From: Microthyrium microscopicum | Lineage: Eukaryota | Length of the DNA stretch: 63,894 bases | Assembly: GCA_010405405.1 (NCBI GenBank) | Contig: MU004240.1 | Location: forward strand, 10,337 to 74,230 | Reading direction: 5' to 3' | Shown here: positions 40,979 through 51,024 of the stretch, piece after piece | Layout of the letters: each line of letters opens with the position of its first letter | Position numbering within the stretch: the first letter of the stretch is position 1 | Position numbers and translations under genes: made by a program | The notes under the pieces: model-generated | Databases searched by the model: none | The model's input: only the letters and a program-made list of their open reading frames with translations | Told to the model about the DNA's origin: nothing

Positions 40979-42332
40979 ATGTCTTCTGCTGATGAACCAA
41001 AAGCAATGGTAGGATTGCATCCTCTGTTTCATTTGAATCACTTTGTCACTTACTAACTATTTTGCAGTCCGAGGGGAAGGCAGATCCAAACGGAGACCTT
41101 TATGTGAGAGTTGAACAGCGAGATGGCTCCGATGAGCCAGCTCACTATCTTGTATCAGCACAGGTTCTTTCCACCGCATCTGATGATTTCAAAGCCATGA
41201 TCTCCGAGCACAGTTCCGTCACCGGTCAGCGAGCACTACGAAATAACCTTCCAATGATCACCATTCCAAACAGCAACGTGGCTGCCATGGGTTGCATATT
41301 CTGGCTCCTTCATCGTCACATTGGTCTTAACTTGGAGGAGTTGAGCCACAAACCTGTTCCATGCCTGCTTCTGGAAGTTTACATCGAGGCTCGGAATCGC
41401 GACGTATTCGTGCCGGGCATCAAGCAATGGATCACCGAACGTCTCTGCGCCGCCTTGGAGCTTCCCGCTCTTTCGAACAAAGACATTGCAGACTTAACCA
41501 CTGTTGCCTGGTATTTGGAAGATGAGAGCAAATTCGAACAATTAACATTGAGAGCTATGAAATCAATGCCGGCGGATTTTCTGAGTCGCTGGGAACGGCT
41601 GAGGAATCGTTATCCAGTCCCCAGTTCCATACCAGGTAAATCTATAATTATGATTGCCATGTTTATCACTAATGACTGTCAGTTGCAATTCGCAAGCAGA
41701 TTCGAGACTCATCTGAGAAATTACTTGAAACACTCCATCTCGGTGTAGAGCTCCTTGAAGAGAACACTTACGTGTATGATACGCTGGTCAAGCTATGTCG
41801 CAAATGTGGCAGACAAGTTGAAGGTGATGCGACGAAATGCCAAACTTGCGACAACTCGGACGTGATTCCTGGCCACTGCACAAAGGACGTTCGAGTTTCT
41901 CTCTACTTTCAAGCCATCCGAAAGGTTAACTTGTGGCCCAAATTAGTGCGCTTCAGGGAAGATTCGTTTTCTAAGCTTGTCCACGACTTCGATCGATTGA
42001 AGGATGACAAAACTAGTAATTGTGCACGTAATCAAGGCTGTCCACTATTCGGCGTGCTACGTCGTGTACGAGAGGCCGTGGAGAAACTTGGCGATGACTT
42101 GAAGGGTCTGAGCTTGAGTGATTTTAGGGACCATGCTGTTGAAATGGCTGAAGATAATTCGCGAATCGTCAGCGTGAATGCATTGAGGGATAACGCGGAT
42201 GCGGAAAATGCTGCTCACACCGTGGCTCCAACAGACTCTCCGGTAGAGCTACCGAAAGAAGCGCCAGCAGAGACTCCAACAGAGGTTCCAGCTGAAGTTC
42301 CAACAGAGGCTCATACAGGTGGTTCAATTTAG
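40979..42332 (+). CDS. BTB/POZ-domain protein with Cys-rich C-terminal region
   Basis: DPNGDLYVRV...YLVSAQVLSTASDDFKAM is a fungal BTB signature; CxxC pairs and CP motif in the last exon; two GT-AG introns. Confidence 0.8.
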
Positions 42333-42493
42333 AGATATCAATATTTTTGACAATGGTGCTCAGCTGAGAGATTCTTTGAGATGTCTTTTCCAGTGTCCGG
42401 CCAGGTAGTCATCGGGTTTTCGCTCCTGAAGCAGTTTGGCCAAACTATACGTTGGTCAGTGAAGCACTAGAGCAAGAGATGGCTATAACCAGA

Positions 42494-42714
42494 CAACGGC
42501 ACGGCAAAACAACCGGCGCGGTCCCATCAACGGCGATGGCTCCCGTGAACGCTACTAACTGTTAGAGAGAACATGCTTTGTTTCCCATGGTATTCAATAA
42601 AGGGCTGAAAAGTCAAGACGGTCTTTGGCAAATAAAGCACTCGATGATAAATTGTAACATATGCCAACCAACGAGGCTGATGGGGAGCGCGCTATCTATT
42701 CTACCACTTCGTTG
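42494..42714. mobile_element. Fold-back element family copy, 221 bp, TSD CCAGA
   Basis: CAACGG...CGTTG termini; CCAGA at 42489-93 and 42715-19; core collinear with the other copies. Confidence 0.82.
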
Positions 42715-43333
42715 CCAGATACAATTTCTCCAAGCAGTTCTTTATCATATCACACACTTTGATTCGATTGCTAGTCCTGCGTCGGAAGAACCTAAACCTA
42801 TCTGGACACTTGGGAAGAATGTCGGTGGAAGTGTTTGATTCCATTAGTGCCCTCCAAAGTTGCGAATCGCGCGATTTATATCCGGATGACTTCTGTGAGA
42901 GTAGTTCCTGGCATTTAGAGCAAAAAGAAGCACCGACAGCATTCCTATAACTTTCTCCATCTTCCCAATCCATGGCAGCGATCCTCGATGCTGACGCCTG
43001 GTCGAATTCTACGCTTGCTGGGCTGAGCTGGCTTAAAACGATAACGACTTGAGATTTGTTGGAGGGATAGGAGTTAAGCGTGTTTGCTCTGGAGTCGGGC
43101 TATATTTCTTTCCAGTATTATCACTAGAGTCTAGGCCAAACTCTTGTTCTTATTCGGCTTGGTACGTTGGGTAGGTCGCTCGAGCGATCTGGCGATAGGG
43201 TGGATTTGAGACAGCTCGCAGTTGATATTTAGAAAAAGCTCAGACGAAAAGACAATGATAGTTCATAGCTGATCGCGTGGCAATGTTGCTCTCCGAGGTT
43301 CAAATAAGATCTGTCTGCCTGAAAGCTAAGAGG

Positions 43334-43538
43334 CAACGGCATGGCAGGCGTACTCCCATCAACTCTGATGGCTACCACCAGCGCTGCTAACCAAAAGGTG
43401 CTTCAATTCCCATCGTATCTAATAAAGATCCCTAGTCTAAACGCCGGTTATGGCAAATATAGCACTCAATCACTAAGCGTAGCGTCTAGGTACCATCAGA
43501 GCTGACAGGGGTACGCCAATTATTTTGCCATGCCGTTA
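43334..43538. mobile_element. Fold-back element family copy, 205 bp, TSD AGAGG
   Basis: CAACGGCATGGCA...TGCCATGCCGTTA; AGAGG at 43329-33 and 43539-43. Confidence 0.85.
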
Positions 43539-44997
43539 AGAGGTTATGTATGGTAAGGATATTGCTTTTTGACAGTGTTGACTGCGCCACACTACGGAGG
43601 TACCTAACCACCTAACCACGAGAGCTTTAAAGTATCATATCTTTCTCCAAGACTAAGGCGGCTCACGCATCTTCCCGAACAGGTTGTGTTGCAGTCAAAA
43701 AGATGTTTTCCAACTTTGCTGGTAGCTGCTAATCAAATTGTGCGGTTGCCTATCAAGAACTTGACCTTTGACTTAACAAGCGTTTGGTTGAATAGCCTCA
43801 TATTGTATGGTGTAGACAAATGAGGCGAAGCATCGTATTTTTGCGCCCCAAGCCCAATGGAATACCGTCAGGTTGGGGCCAATGACTCCTCAGCCCGATA
43901 TATATATGCTCAGTTCTTACTTCTTGTCTTTTGTGTCTTTTCCTTTTCAGACGATCACCATGACTTTCAGAGTTTGCCCCTCTTGCAGCATTTCAAACAT
44001 CTTGTTGTCTCTCAAAGCGACTGGCAATTCCGAGGATTGTCTAAAAGCCCGGAATAGGGTCAAATATCCGCGTTTGATGAGGGATACCCAGTCTACTTGC
44101 ACTTCTGCTAGTGCTATCAGAAACCCCCTAATTTCTGTAAGTCTTCGACTTGTCCGCAAGGATCACGGACTCTAACAGTAGACAGCGAGTCGAGCGGCAC
44201 CATATCTCGAGACAACTGGTCTCATATAATGTACACAACTCTACATCCGTCGAGCAGCATGCCCTCCGCATGAGTACATGCGATGTTCGTGGACGCGATA
44301 AGCCCAACCGCAGTCACGAAGGACCATCGATTTGACAACTACTCCCATTCTGACGACAAAGGCAATTATGAGAAATTCAGAAGCAAGATTAGGCCAGAAT
44401 CTCGGTGTCGAAAACAATGCGTGCTGATAATTAAAGAGCTTGGGAGAATTGACCGGTCAGTTTGCATGCACGGCTTCATTCGTGCAGCACCATTTACCCG
44501 ATCGCGTTGTGTGATTGGAGTCGATAAACCTGGTCGGACACGTCAATCGGCATACATACGAGCCTAGGGTTATCAACATGGAAATCCAGAGGCTTTTGAC
44601 AAAGATTTCACAACTTGAAAGCCTTTCGAGGACCTGTCCAGCAGAAATTGTCAACGAGCCCGTAGGATTACTGGCTTTCAAAGCATTCTGGAGCGCCACT
44701 AGCTCCCGGTATTAGACCAGAAATAGGGGCAATTATCACTTGGTCAGATCCGTTTCAAATAAACCCATCCTTTGCGTCCTTTGCCTGTATCTTCAGATTC
44801 CTGGGAAATCTCTGCTCGTGGCCACAAAAGTATCCTGATGTACTCAAACAGCACCAGGTCACCAGATTGATAGCTAAGCTCTCTTGGTCTTAAAGCTATC
44901 TGCTCCACCAAGAATGCCGGCTTCGCTTTGATATTCCCTCTCCGCGCTTTCCGTCTTCTATGATCCAACCATTTTAATTTCTTTCTTTTCAGCCGCC

Positions 44998-47066
44998 ATG
45001 GAGCGTGCAATTGGGCGGACTGCGCAATCCGCTGAAGATGTATGCTCCGGACTTCAGCTCTTTCTTGATAACATTCCTCAACGCGATGCTGGCATCTACG
45101 AGTCAATCCATGAACTTCTCTCTCTCGCAAGAGGTCTCGGAGAACTGCGGCTTGATGCTGTTCAGTATAAACGCCTGCCAACTCCAATTGAAAAGGATAT
45201 TCGCATCTTTCTTGAAAGCATGAACCTGACTCTTGGACGAGTGCAAAATATGTTTGGAGAGACCAAATTAACCAAGCTTAATGGCGAAATAGCCTATTCA
45301 CATATATGGAACAACTTTTCAATGGAGATGGATGAGACTGTTGGTGGTGGTTTATGGCCAAGGTTGGAATTATACAATCTCTTTCTCAAGGCCATGCTCG
45401 AAAACGTTCGAGGGTATGTACTCAGTCTATACTCCTTCGTCCACCCCCTCATCATAAAACCCCTCGCGCCTTCCAGCACATTCATCAAACGCTCTGAAAA
45501 GACCATTTGGTCTTTTCAGCGTGAAACCGTAAACCACCAATCGCACTCGATGGTGGCCACAGCACTCGATGGTGGCCACAGCACTCGATGGTGGCCACAG
45601 CACTCGATCAGAAGCACCTTCTATGGTAACCCCCACAAGAGGATACTTATACATCATAGAGAAACAGTCGAACCAAAATCACTGGGCAGACACCGTCAAA
45701 AGATTACTAGACTTCTACAAAGCCAGCAGCCTAGTGAACCTGGCTATCCAAGTGGTACGGCGTGTAATCCTAAACTCACTCTCGAGGGACAAAATAAATG
45801 AGCCGTTTCGACGACCACTCCCATCGATTACGATGACTGCCAAAGCTTTTCTTCAAGATTGATTACTTTAATTCCTATCAGCGTCGTAAAATTCATATCG
45901 AATTAACCAAGACCATGGTAATCAAAGCAGTCACTCTTTAAGAAGTGTTATGGCAGCCATCGCAATCGATGGGGGTTAGTTGTTGAAACGGCTCATTTAT
46001 TTTGTCCACGCAGAGACTCAATAGTCCCTTCTCACGAATGACAGATACCTCCTCTCCCATCTCACCACACGTGTCGTTTCCACCGATGCCACCAGCCTGG
46101 CCAGGCGGACCGCCTGCACCATCATTTCCATTTCCAGGCTCGCTCGATATGCGTCAATACGGACCCAGCTCGCCAACCATCTCCACTGCTTCCTGGTCCA
46201 CCCACACCAGCGGCTCCATGAACTCTGCCAGCAACCACTGGGCCTCTTTCGTCTTCACTGGCCGCCACGACTCCACCCCCTTTCCCGCCGCCCTGCGTCG
46301 CCAAAGCATCGTCTACGGCCGCCCTATGCCCAGCGCCCTCGATCGTCTCGCTGAAGACAACTACAGCCAAGTAAGCCGCATCGCCTTTGAAGCCGATGAC
46401 ATGGAAGCCCGCTTCTATTGCCGATCCGCTGACGCCCGCGCCCGCATCCTACTGCTCAAGCGTGACTCAGCAGGCGCCTTACTGTTCTTCTGTATCCCCC
46501 TAACAGCACTCAAACTCACCCGCGATGCCGCGACCCTCGACTTGTACCGCATGGACCGGCAGCAACGCAAGTATGAGATCTGGGCATCCCTCAACTTCGC
46601 CGACTACGAGCGCCTCGTCCTCGCATACAGCACTTTCGCAGCGCTCAAGAACCAAGATGCCGTGATGGCACCCGAAGGTCTACACGACGATTACTTTCAC
46701 ACCAATGCGCGCGAAGAGAAGCTCCTGTTCGGCGGCATCACCGTCTATCCACCCTCACGGCGCCATGCATTACGGTTGTTCCGCGATACCCTCTCAGGTG
46801 GACTGCGGTTTGAAGCGCGGCCACTACGTGGGCCGAAGATGCATGTGCCGCTGTGGACGGCCTTTGTGGCTCGCGAAGTGCACGAGACTGGATGGGTAAG
46901 GCGAGTGGGTGGGACTCAATTGGAGCTCAAGAGGCTTGACCAACATATTTTTGTGGATGGATATATACCAACACTGGGACGGAGTGGGCGGTTTGTGATT
47001 GATTTTGACAGTCGAGATGACTGTGACAGTTTTATACGCGCGATCAAGGAGGCTCGCATGGATTGA
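44998..47066 (+). CDS. Conserved-looking fungal hypothetical protein (helical N-terminus, Pro/Ser linker, beta-rich C-terminal modules)
   Basis: Exons 44998-45413, 45660-45754 and 46045-47066 join in frame through GTATGT..TAG and GTACGG..CTCAC..CAG introns. Confidence 0.8.
45543..45608 (+). repeat. Perfect 19-bp tandem repeat GCACTCGATGGTGGCCACA x3.5, intronic
   Basis: Units start at 45543, 45562, 45581 and 45600 (partial). Confidence 0.95.
45779..46015. mobile_element. Fold-back element (divergent subfamily), 237 bp, TSD ACTCA, inside intron 2
   Basis: ~90-bp imperfect inverted arms starting GGACAAAATAAATGAGCCGTTTC; ACTCA at 45774-78 and 46016-20. Confidence 0.88.
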
Positions 47067-47096
47067 TATACGTTTATTTTTACAAGCACGCGATGG

Positions 47097-47213
47097 TGGA
47101 CGGATAGCTGGCATGTTACCATCAAAGACGATGAGTAGGAACGTACTCGACCATAAAGTGTAGTACGTGGCACCAGCGATGTTGATGGAAGCGTTTGCCA
47201 GCTATCTTGTCCA
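47097..47213. mobile_element. Short (internally deleted) hairpin relative of the fold-back family
   Basis: tggacggatagctggca..ccatcaa / ttgatgg..tgccagctatcttgtcca inverted arms plus an inner acgtact/agtacgt stem; no clear TSD. Confidence 0.6.
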
Positions 47214-47537
47214 GAGGCTGAACAGCCTGATTTACTTACCGGTTTGGCAGCGATTGTTATATTTGGGAGGAAAGATTGGATAAAATGACGACTATCACGG
47301 CTTTTACGATTGACATGTATACAACGACGAAGATACCCACCCAGCACATCAGAATGGACAAATTTGAGCTCAGTATTAGTATTCCGTGAAGCTGGTACTA
47401 CAAATACAGGAAGTTATACAAACAAATCGGTATTACCCACTGGGCGTGTGCTCAACCACCAAAGTAGGAGCATCAACCCCGAAGGGTGATCTCACCACAA
47501 AGGCAGGAGAACAACGCCCAATGGGGTCAACAGTACA

Positions 47538-50147
47538 TTAATATCCGTCGGAGAAGTACTCTGGATTCAATGCAATTGCATCGTAATCCAGCTCCTCTTC
47601 TTCCTCCTCGTCCGACACATACACAGGCCGCGGCCCATCCGCCTCACTGTCCCAATCCTCCTCCACCAACTCCTCCTCTTCCTCCTCCTCACTATCCCCC
47701 TGAGGCAGGAAGGATCCGCCAGGCGCCACCCCAGCATCACCCTCCTCCTCAACCTCGATCAACTCCTCCTCCTCCTCCTCCTCCTCCACCTCCGCGCCAG
47801 GGGCGTCCCCCTCAGCCGCCACCACCTCAGGCTGCACCGGGCCGATGCCGTAGATGACGTGCAGCTTTGAGTAGTCTAGGTGCCTAGAAAAAGGGGTGCG
47901 TCCTCCCTTTTTGGCACCTATCACTCGCTGCACGGCTTCGGCCGCGGTGCTAGCCGGCGAATGCTCGGCTGCCTTTTTGGTGGTGCGCGGCTTGCGCTTC
48001 TTCTCACACGCCGCATCCATCTGGCGGTTCAGCATGATCTCTTGCTGCTTCCGCATCCAGTCGTGGTTGTTGGTGATCCACACCACTTCCTTGGCACCCC
48101 GCTCTTCGGGTGTGAAGAGCGCGTACTTGACTACTGGGTCATCGTCGAACTCGTCGTCGGCGATTTCCTCGTCGTCAAGGTGAGAATCATGGGTGCCATT
48201 TTTGGATTTTGCGACGACTTTGGCGCGCTCGATGGCGGCAATTGCTCTTGAGCGGACTCGGGTTATTTCATAGTACCCCTCGTCGTCAAGAGACACTTCG
48301 TGTTCCACAATTCTATTGATTTCCGCGGCAAGCTCATCCTCGGCTAGAAGATCTTCTTCGGTGGGGACGAATATCTTTGCTGGGACAAACTTTTTGGTTG
48401 CTCTTCGCTTTCTGGGAAGGAAATCTTCGTCATCAGCTAGAGCGCTTTCTGCCAATGCTGTCAGATCAATAGGTCCGTCAAGAACTGATGTGAGATCGAT
48501 GGGGGAGCCTGAAGTAGAGCCGCTTTGTTGGGATTGGTTTTTGCGAGGACGTCCACGCTTAGCTGGTGGTTTCGATGAAGCGGTGCTTGGCGTGCTTCGG
48601 CCAGAGCCTTGAGATGGATCGGGTGTAGGTAATTGACTGAGTGCCTTGCGTTTTCGACTGAGTGCTGAGACTCGAGGTGCTCTAATAGCGGTAGTCTCAG
48701 TGGGTGTGGAGTCGGTATGAGCTGTGCTTGATGGTGTTGTGGCGGATGATGAAGAAGCTGCAGGATTTGATGATGTCGGAGCAGATGATGATGGGGCTGC
48801 AGTCTTCGATGAAGATCGTGTTGCTCTCGTGGATGGTGTTGGGGCAGTTCGCTGTCTTTTGGATGGTCTAGCAGATTCGTCTTCTTCATTTTGATTAGAC
48901 TGGATGTCTGTAGTTGCTGGTGAGTCAACGGCGCGCGGTCGTTTTGTTCGAGAGTTGGGAACTTCAGGAATGGCAAATCCTTCATTATCAACACGTCTCT
49001 CTGGTGATGGTCGGTCTTCAGGCTGTGGGGTCTGGCTCGCGCTTGAGCTTGCACCTGGACTTCTGCTGCGTCGCACGTTTTCCTTGCGTTGTCTACGCTT
49101 GGATTTCTCCGCTGCCTGGTAAACAGCAGGGGGCAAGGCACCTCCAACCTTGAGGCGATGACCAACTTCACGAAAGGATTTGACAGTCATGTTGCCAGCT
49201 TTGGTTTTTCGAAATTCAGCCAATCGCTTCAGAACAGTAGCTTCGCCAGCTTTGACAGTGAAGACAACTTCGCGGACGGTTCGAGCATAGTTGTTCATAC
49301 GGGCAGCAAGAACTAAAGCAGCGCCAATGTAACCAGCTGGCTGTCGTCCAGTAACGATCCAATCACGATTCCAGCGGGAGACAATTTTGACAGCATCGGT
49401 AGCGACTTTTTTGGTGTCACCAGCAAACTCCATACGTGCAGCAAGTCGATGAATGATGGCTTCGATTTCAAGGGACTGCGTCTTTTTCACGTTTTCTTCC
49501 ATGGAGACATCTCTGACAAATCTTTTGTAGGTGGCACCAAGTTCATAGACATTTTGCTTGATTTTTTCGGCAATGTCAATGAGAAGTACTGGCTCATTTC
49601 TCTCTCGACAAACGATGTAGAGACAGACAGCTACACTTTCAAGGAGAGGTTTGCGGATATGCATTCTTGCGAGTTGGTAGATGTGAAGAGCGCGGTCAAC
49701 AAATTTGGTGATCATGAGAGTTCCAGCTAGTCGAGTCATTTCTTCGCGAGCAGCTCGGAGGTTGGCATCTTGGACTTCGTCAGGGGCTCGACCACCTCTT
49801 CTAAAGGCAGTGCCGCTGGACTTTGCCATACGCTGGCCAGCATGGACAGTGGTTCCTTGAACAAGGGCGGCTCCATTGGGAGCTTCTCCAAAGGTGACAT
49901 CGTTGACAATAATAGAATCGCTGACAATGACTGCACATCCCATGCAGACAAGCTGACCGTTGACTTCCTTAACTTCAGAGCTGATGCAGGCTTTACATTT
50001 TGGGCCGCTGTTGTTGTTGTAGTTGGTGCTGGAATTAGAATTGGCAGTTTCTGGAGCTGGAGTGTTTCTGAGACTTGGTGGGCGTAAACTGGGATGTCGA
50101 GGCTGGCGGCGTCCAGCGACAGGTCGAACCGGGGCAACAGTAGACAT
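47538..50147 (-). CDS. BRF1: RNA polymerase III transcription factor IIIB subunit Brf1
   Basis: Zn ribbon CKAC..CMGC, VTFGE..NGAALVQG, cyclin folds with RDWIVTGRQP and AARMNN, C-terminal Brf1 block (KEVVWITNNHDW, SRHLDY); single exon, likely ATG at 50147. Confidence 0.92.
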   Translation of the reverse strand: MSTVAPVRPVAGRRQPRHPSLRPPSLRNTPAPETANSNSSTNYNNNSGPKCKACISSEVKEVNGQLVCMGCAVIVSDSIIVNDVTFGEAPNGAALVQGTTVHAGQRMAKSSGTAFRRGGRAPDEVQDANLRAAREEMTRLAGTLMITKFVDRALHIYQLARMHIRKPLLESVAVCLYIVCRERNEPVLLIDIAEKIKQNVYELGATYKRFVRDVSMEENVKKTQSLEIEAIIHRLAARMEFAGDTKKVATDAVKIVSRWNRDWIVTGRQPAGYIGAALVLAARMNNYARTVREVVFTVKAGEATVLKRLAEFRKTKAGNMTVKSFREVGHRLKVGGALPPAVYQAAEKSKRRQRKENVRRSRSPGASSSASQTPQPEDRPSPERRVDNEGFAIPEVPNSRTKRPRAVDSPATTDIQSNQNEEDESARPSKRQRTAPTPSTRATRSSSKTAAPSSSAPTSSNPAASSSSATTPSSTAHTDSTPTETTAIRAPRVSALSRKRKALSQLPTPDPSQGSGRSTPSTASSKPPAKRGRPRKNQSQQSGSTSGSPIDLTSVLDGPIDLTALAESALADDEDFLPRKRRATKKFVPAKIFVPTEEDLLAEDELAAEINRIVEHEVSLDDEGYYEITRVRSRAIAAIERAKVVAKSKNGTHDSHLDDEEIADDEFDDDPVVKYALFTPEERGAKEVVWITNNHDWMRKQQEIMLNRQMDAACEKKRKPRTTKKAAEHSPASTAAEAVQRVIGAKKGGRTPFSRHLDYSKLHVIYGIGPVQPEVVAAEGDAPGAEVEEEEEEEELIEVEEEGDAGVAPGGSFLPQGDSEEEEEEELVEEDWDSEADGPRPVYVSDEEEEEELDYDAIALNPEYFSDGY

Positions 50148-51024
50148 CTTGAATGACAGAATGCGAGCAAGGCTGGCAAGGCTGAGTGTTAATTGTTGAC
50201 GATGGTTTGGTTGGTGTAGGTTGGAGAAGTTGGGCGACAAATTTTGGAGACGTGGAGTCAGAGTGTTAAAAGTTAAAGAGGTTGAGCAGTCAAAGCAGAA
50301 TTTGGTGCGGGGGATAGCATACACTAATCGAATCTGGGCTTTACTAAGCAGCGTGTTGCCTAGCGAGCTCATGACATGGGGTAAAATACAGCGGGCAGGA
50401 GCGACTCTCATGAGGAGGAAGGTACGAGGGGCATCCGGGCACCGTGTTCAATTCAGGGAAGCGACCACCTTATTAATGGTGGATCGTCCCTTCCTTTTCA
50501 GGTCACCTCAACACCCGCCCCTTCTGGCTTCGGCTCAACCCCGAGTCGTCCAATATTGTGTATTGTGTTTCGAAATTATTCAATGTCCATGTCAAGAGCT
50601 AGGCAAAATAAATAGCATTCTCTTATGGGAGCGTAAACCAAAAAATCCGAGTTTGGTCTTCAAATTCAACGATTCTCCTCAGGCTTCAAATCGTCAACAC
50701 CTTTTTGCACTCTAATTCTAAAACTCAAGTGCATATTGCAATAGCGGCAATCAAAGGTTAAAAAGCAGTAAAAACTTGATCATTAAAGCATCTTACGCTG
50801 CTATACACTAGAAAAGTCTACATAGTACCTTGCGGCAACTGGAAAAATCCAACCTCTTACAAGCAACAAAAAGCAACAACAACAAGCAACAACAAGCAAA
50901 CCAAGCGCAAAAATACAAGTCGCTAAACGCCCTAATGCATAAACATGAAAAAGCAGAGCGTACAAGCCCAGGCACCTGACTAATACATATCCATCATACC
51001 ATCCCTTTAGAACATTACCATCGC

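Noticed and set aside
42720..44950. Numerous short ORFs in the long intergenic region
   Set aside because: No recognisable motifs or consistent splice structure.
50148..50411. 88-codon in-frame N-terminal extension of BRF1
   Set aside because: Looks like promoter/5' UTR sequence; the conserved protein begins near ATG 50147.
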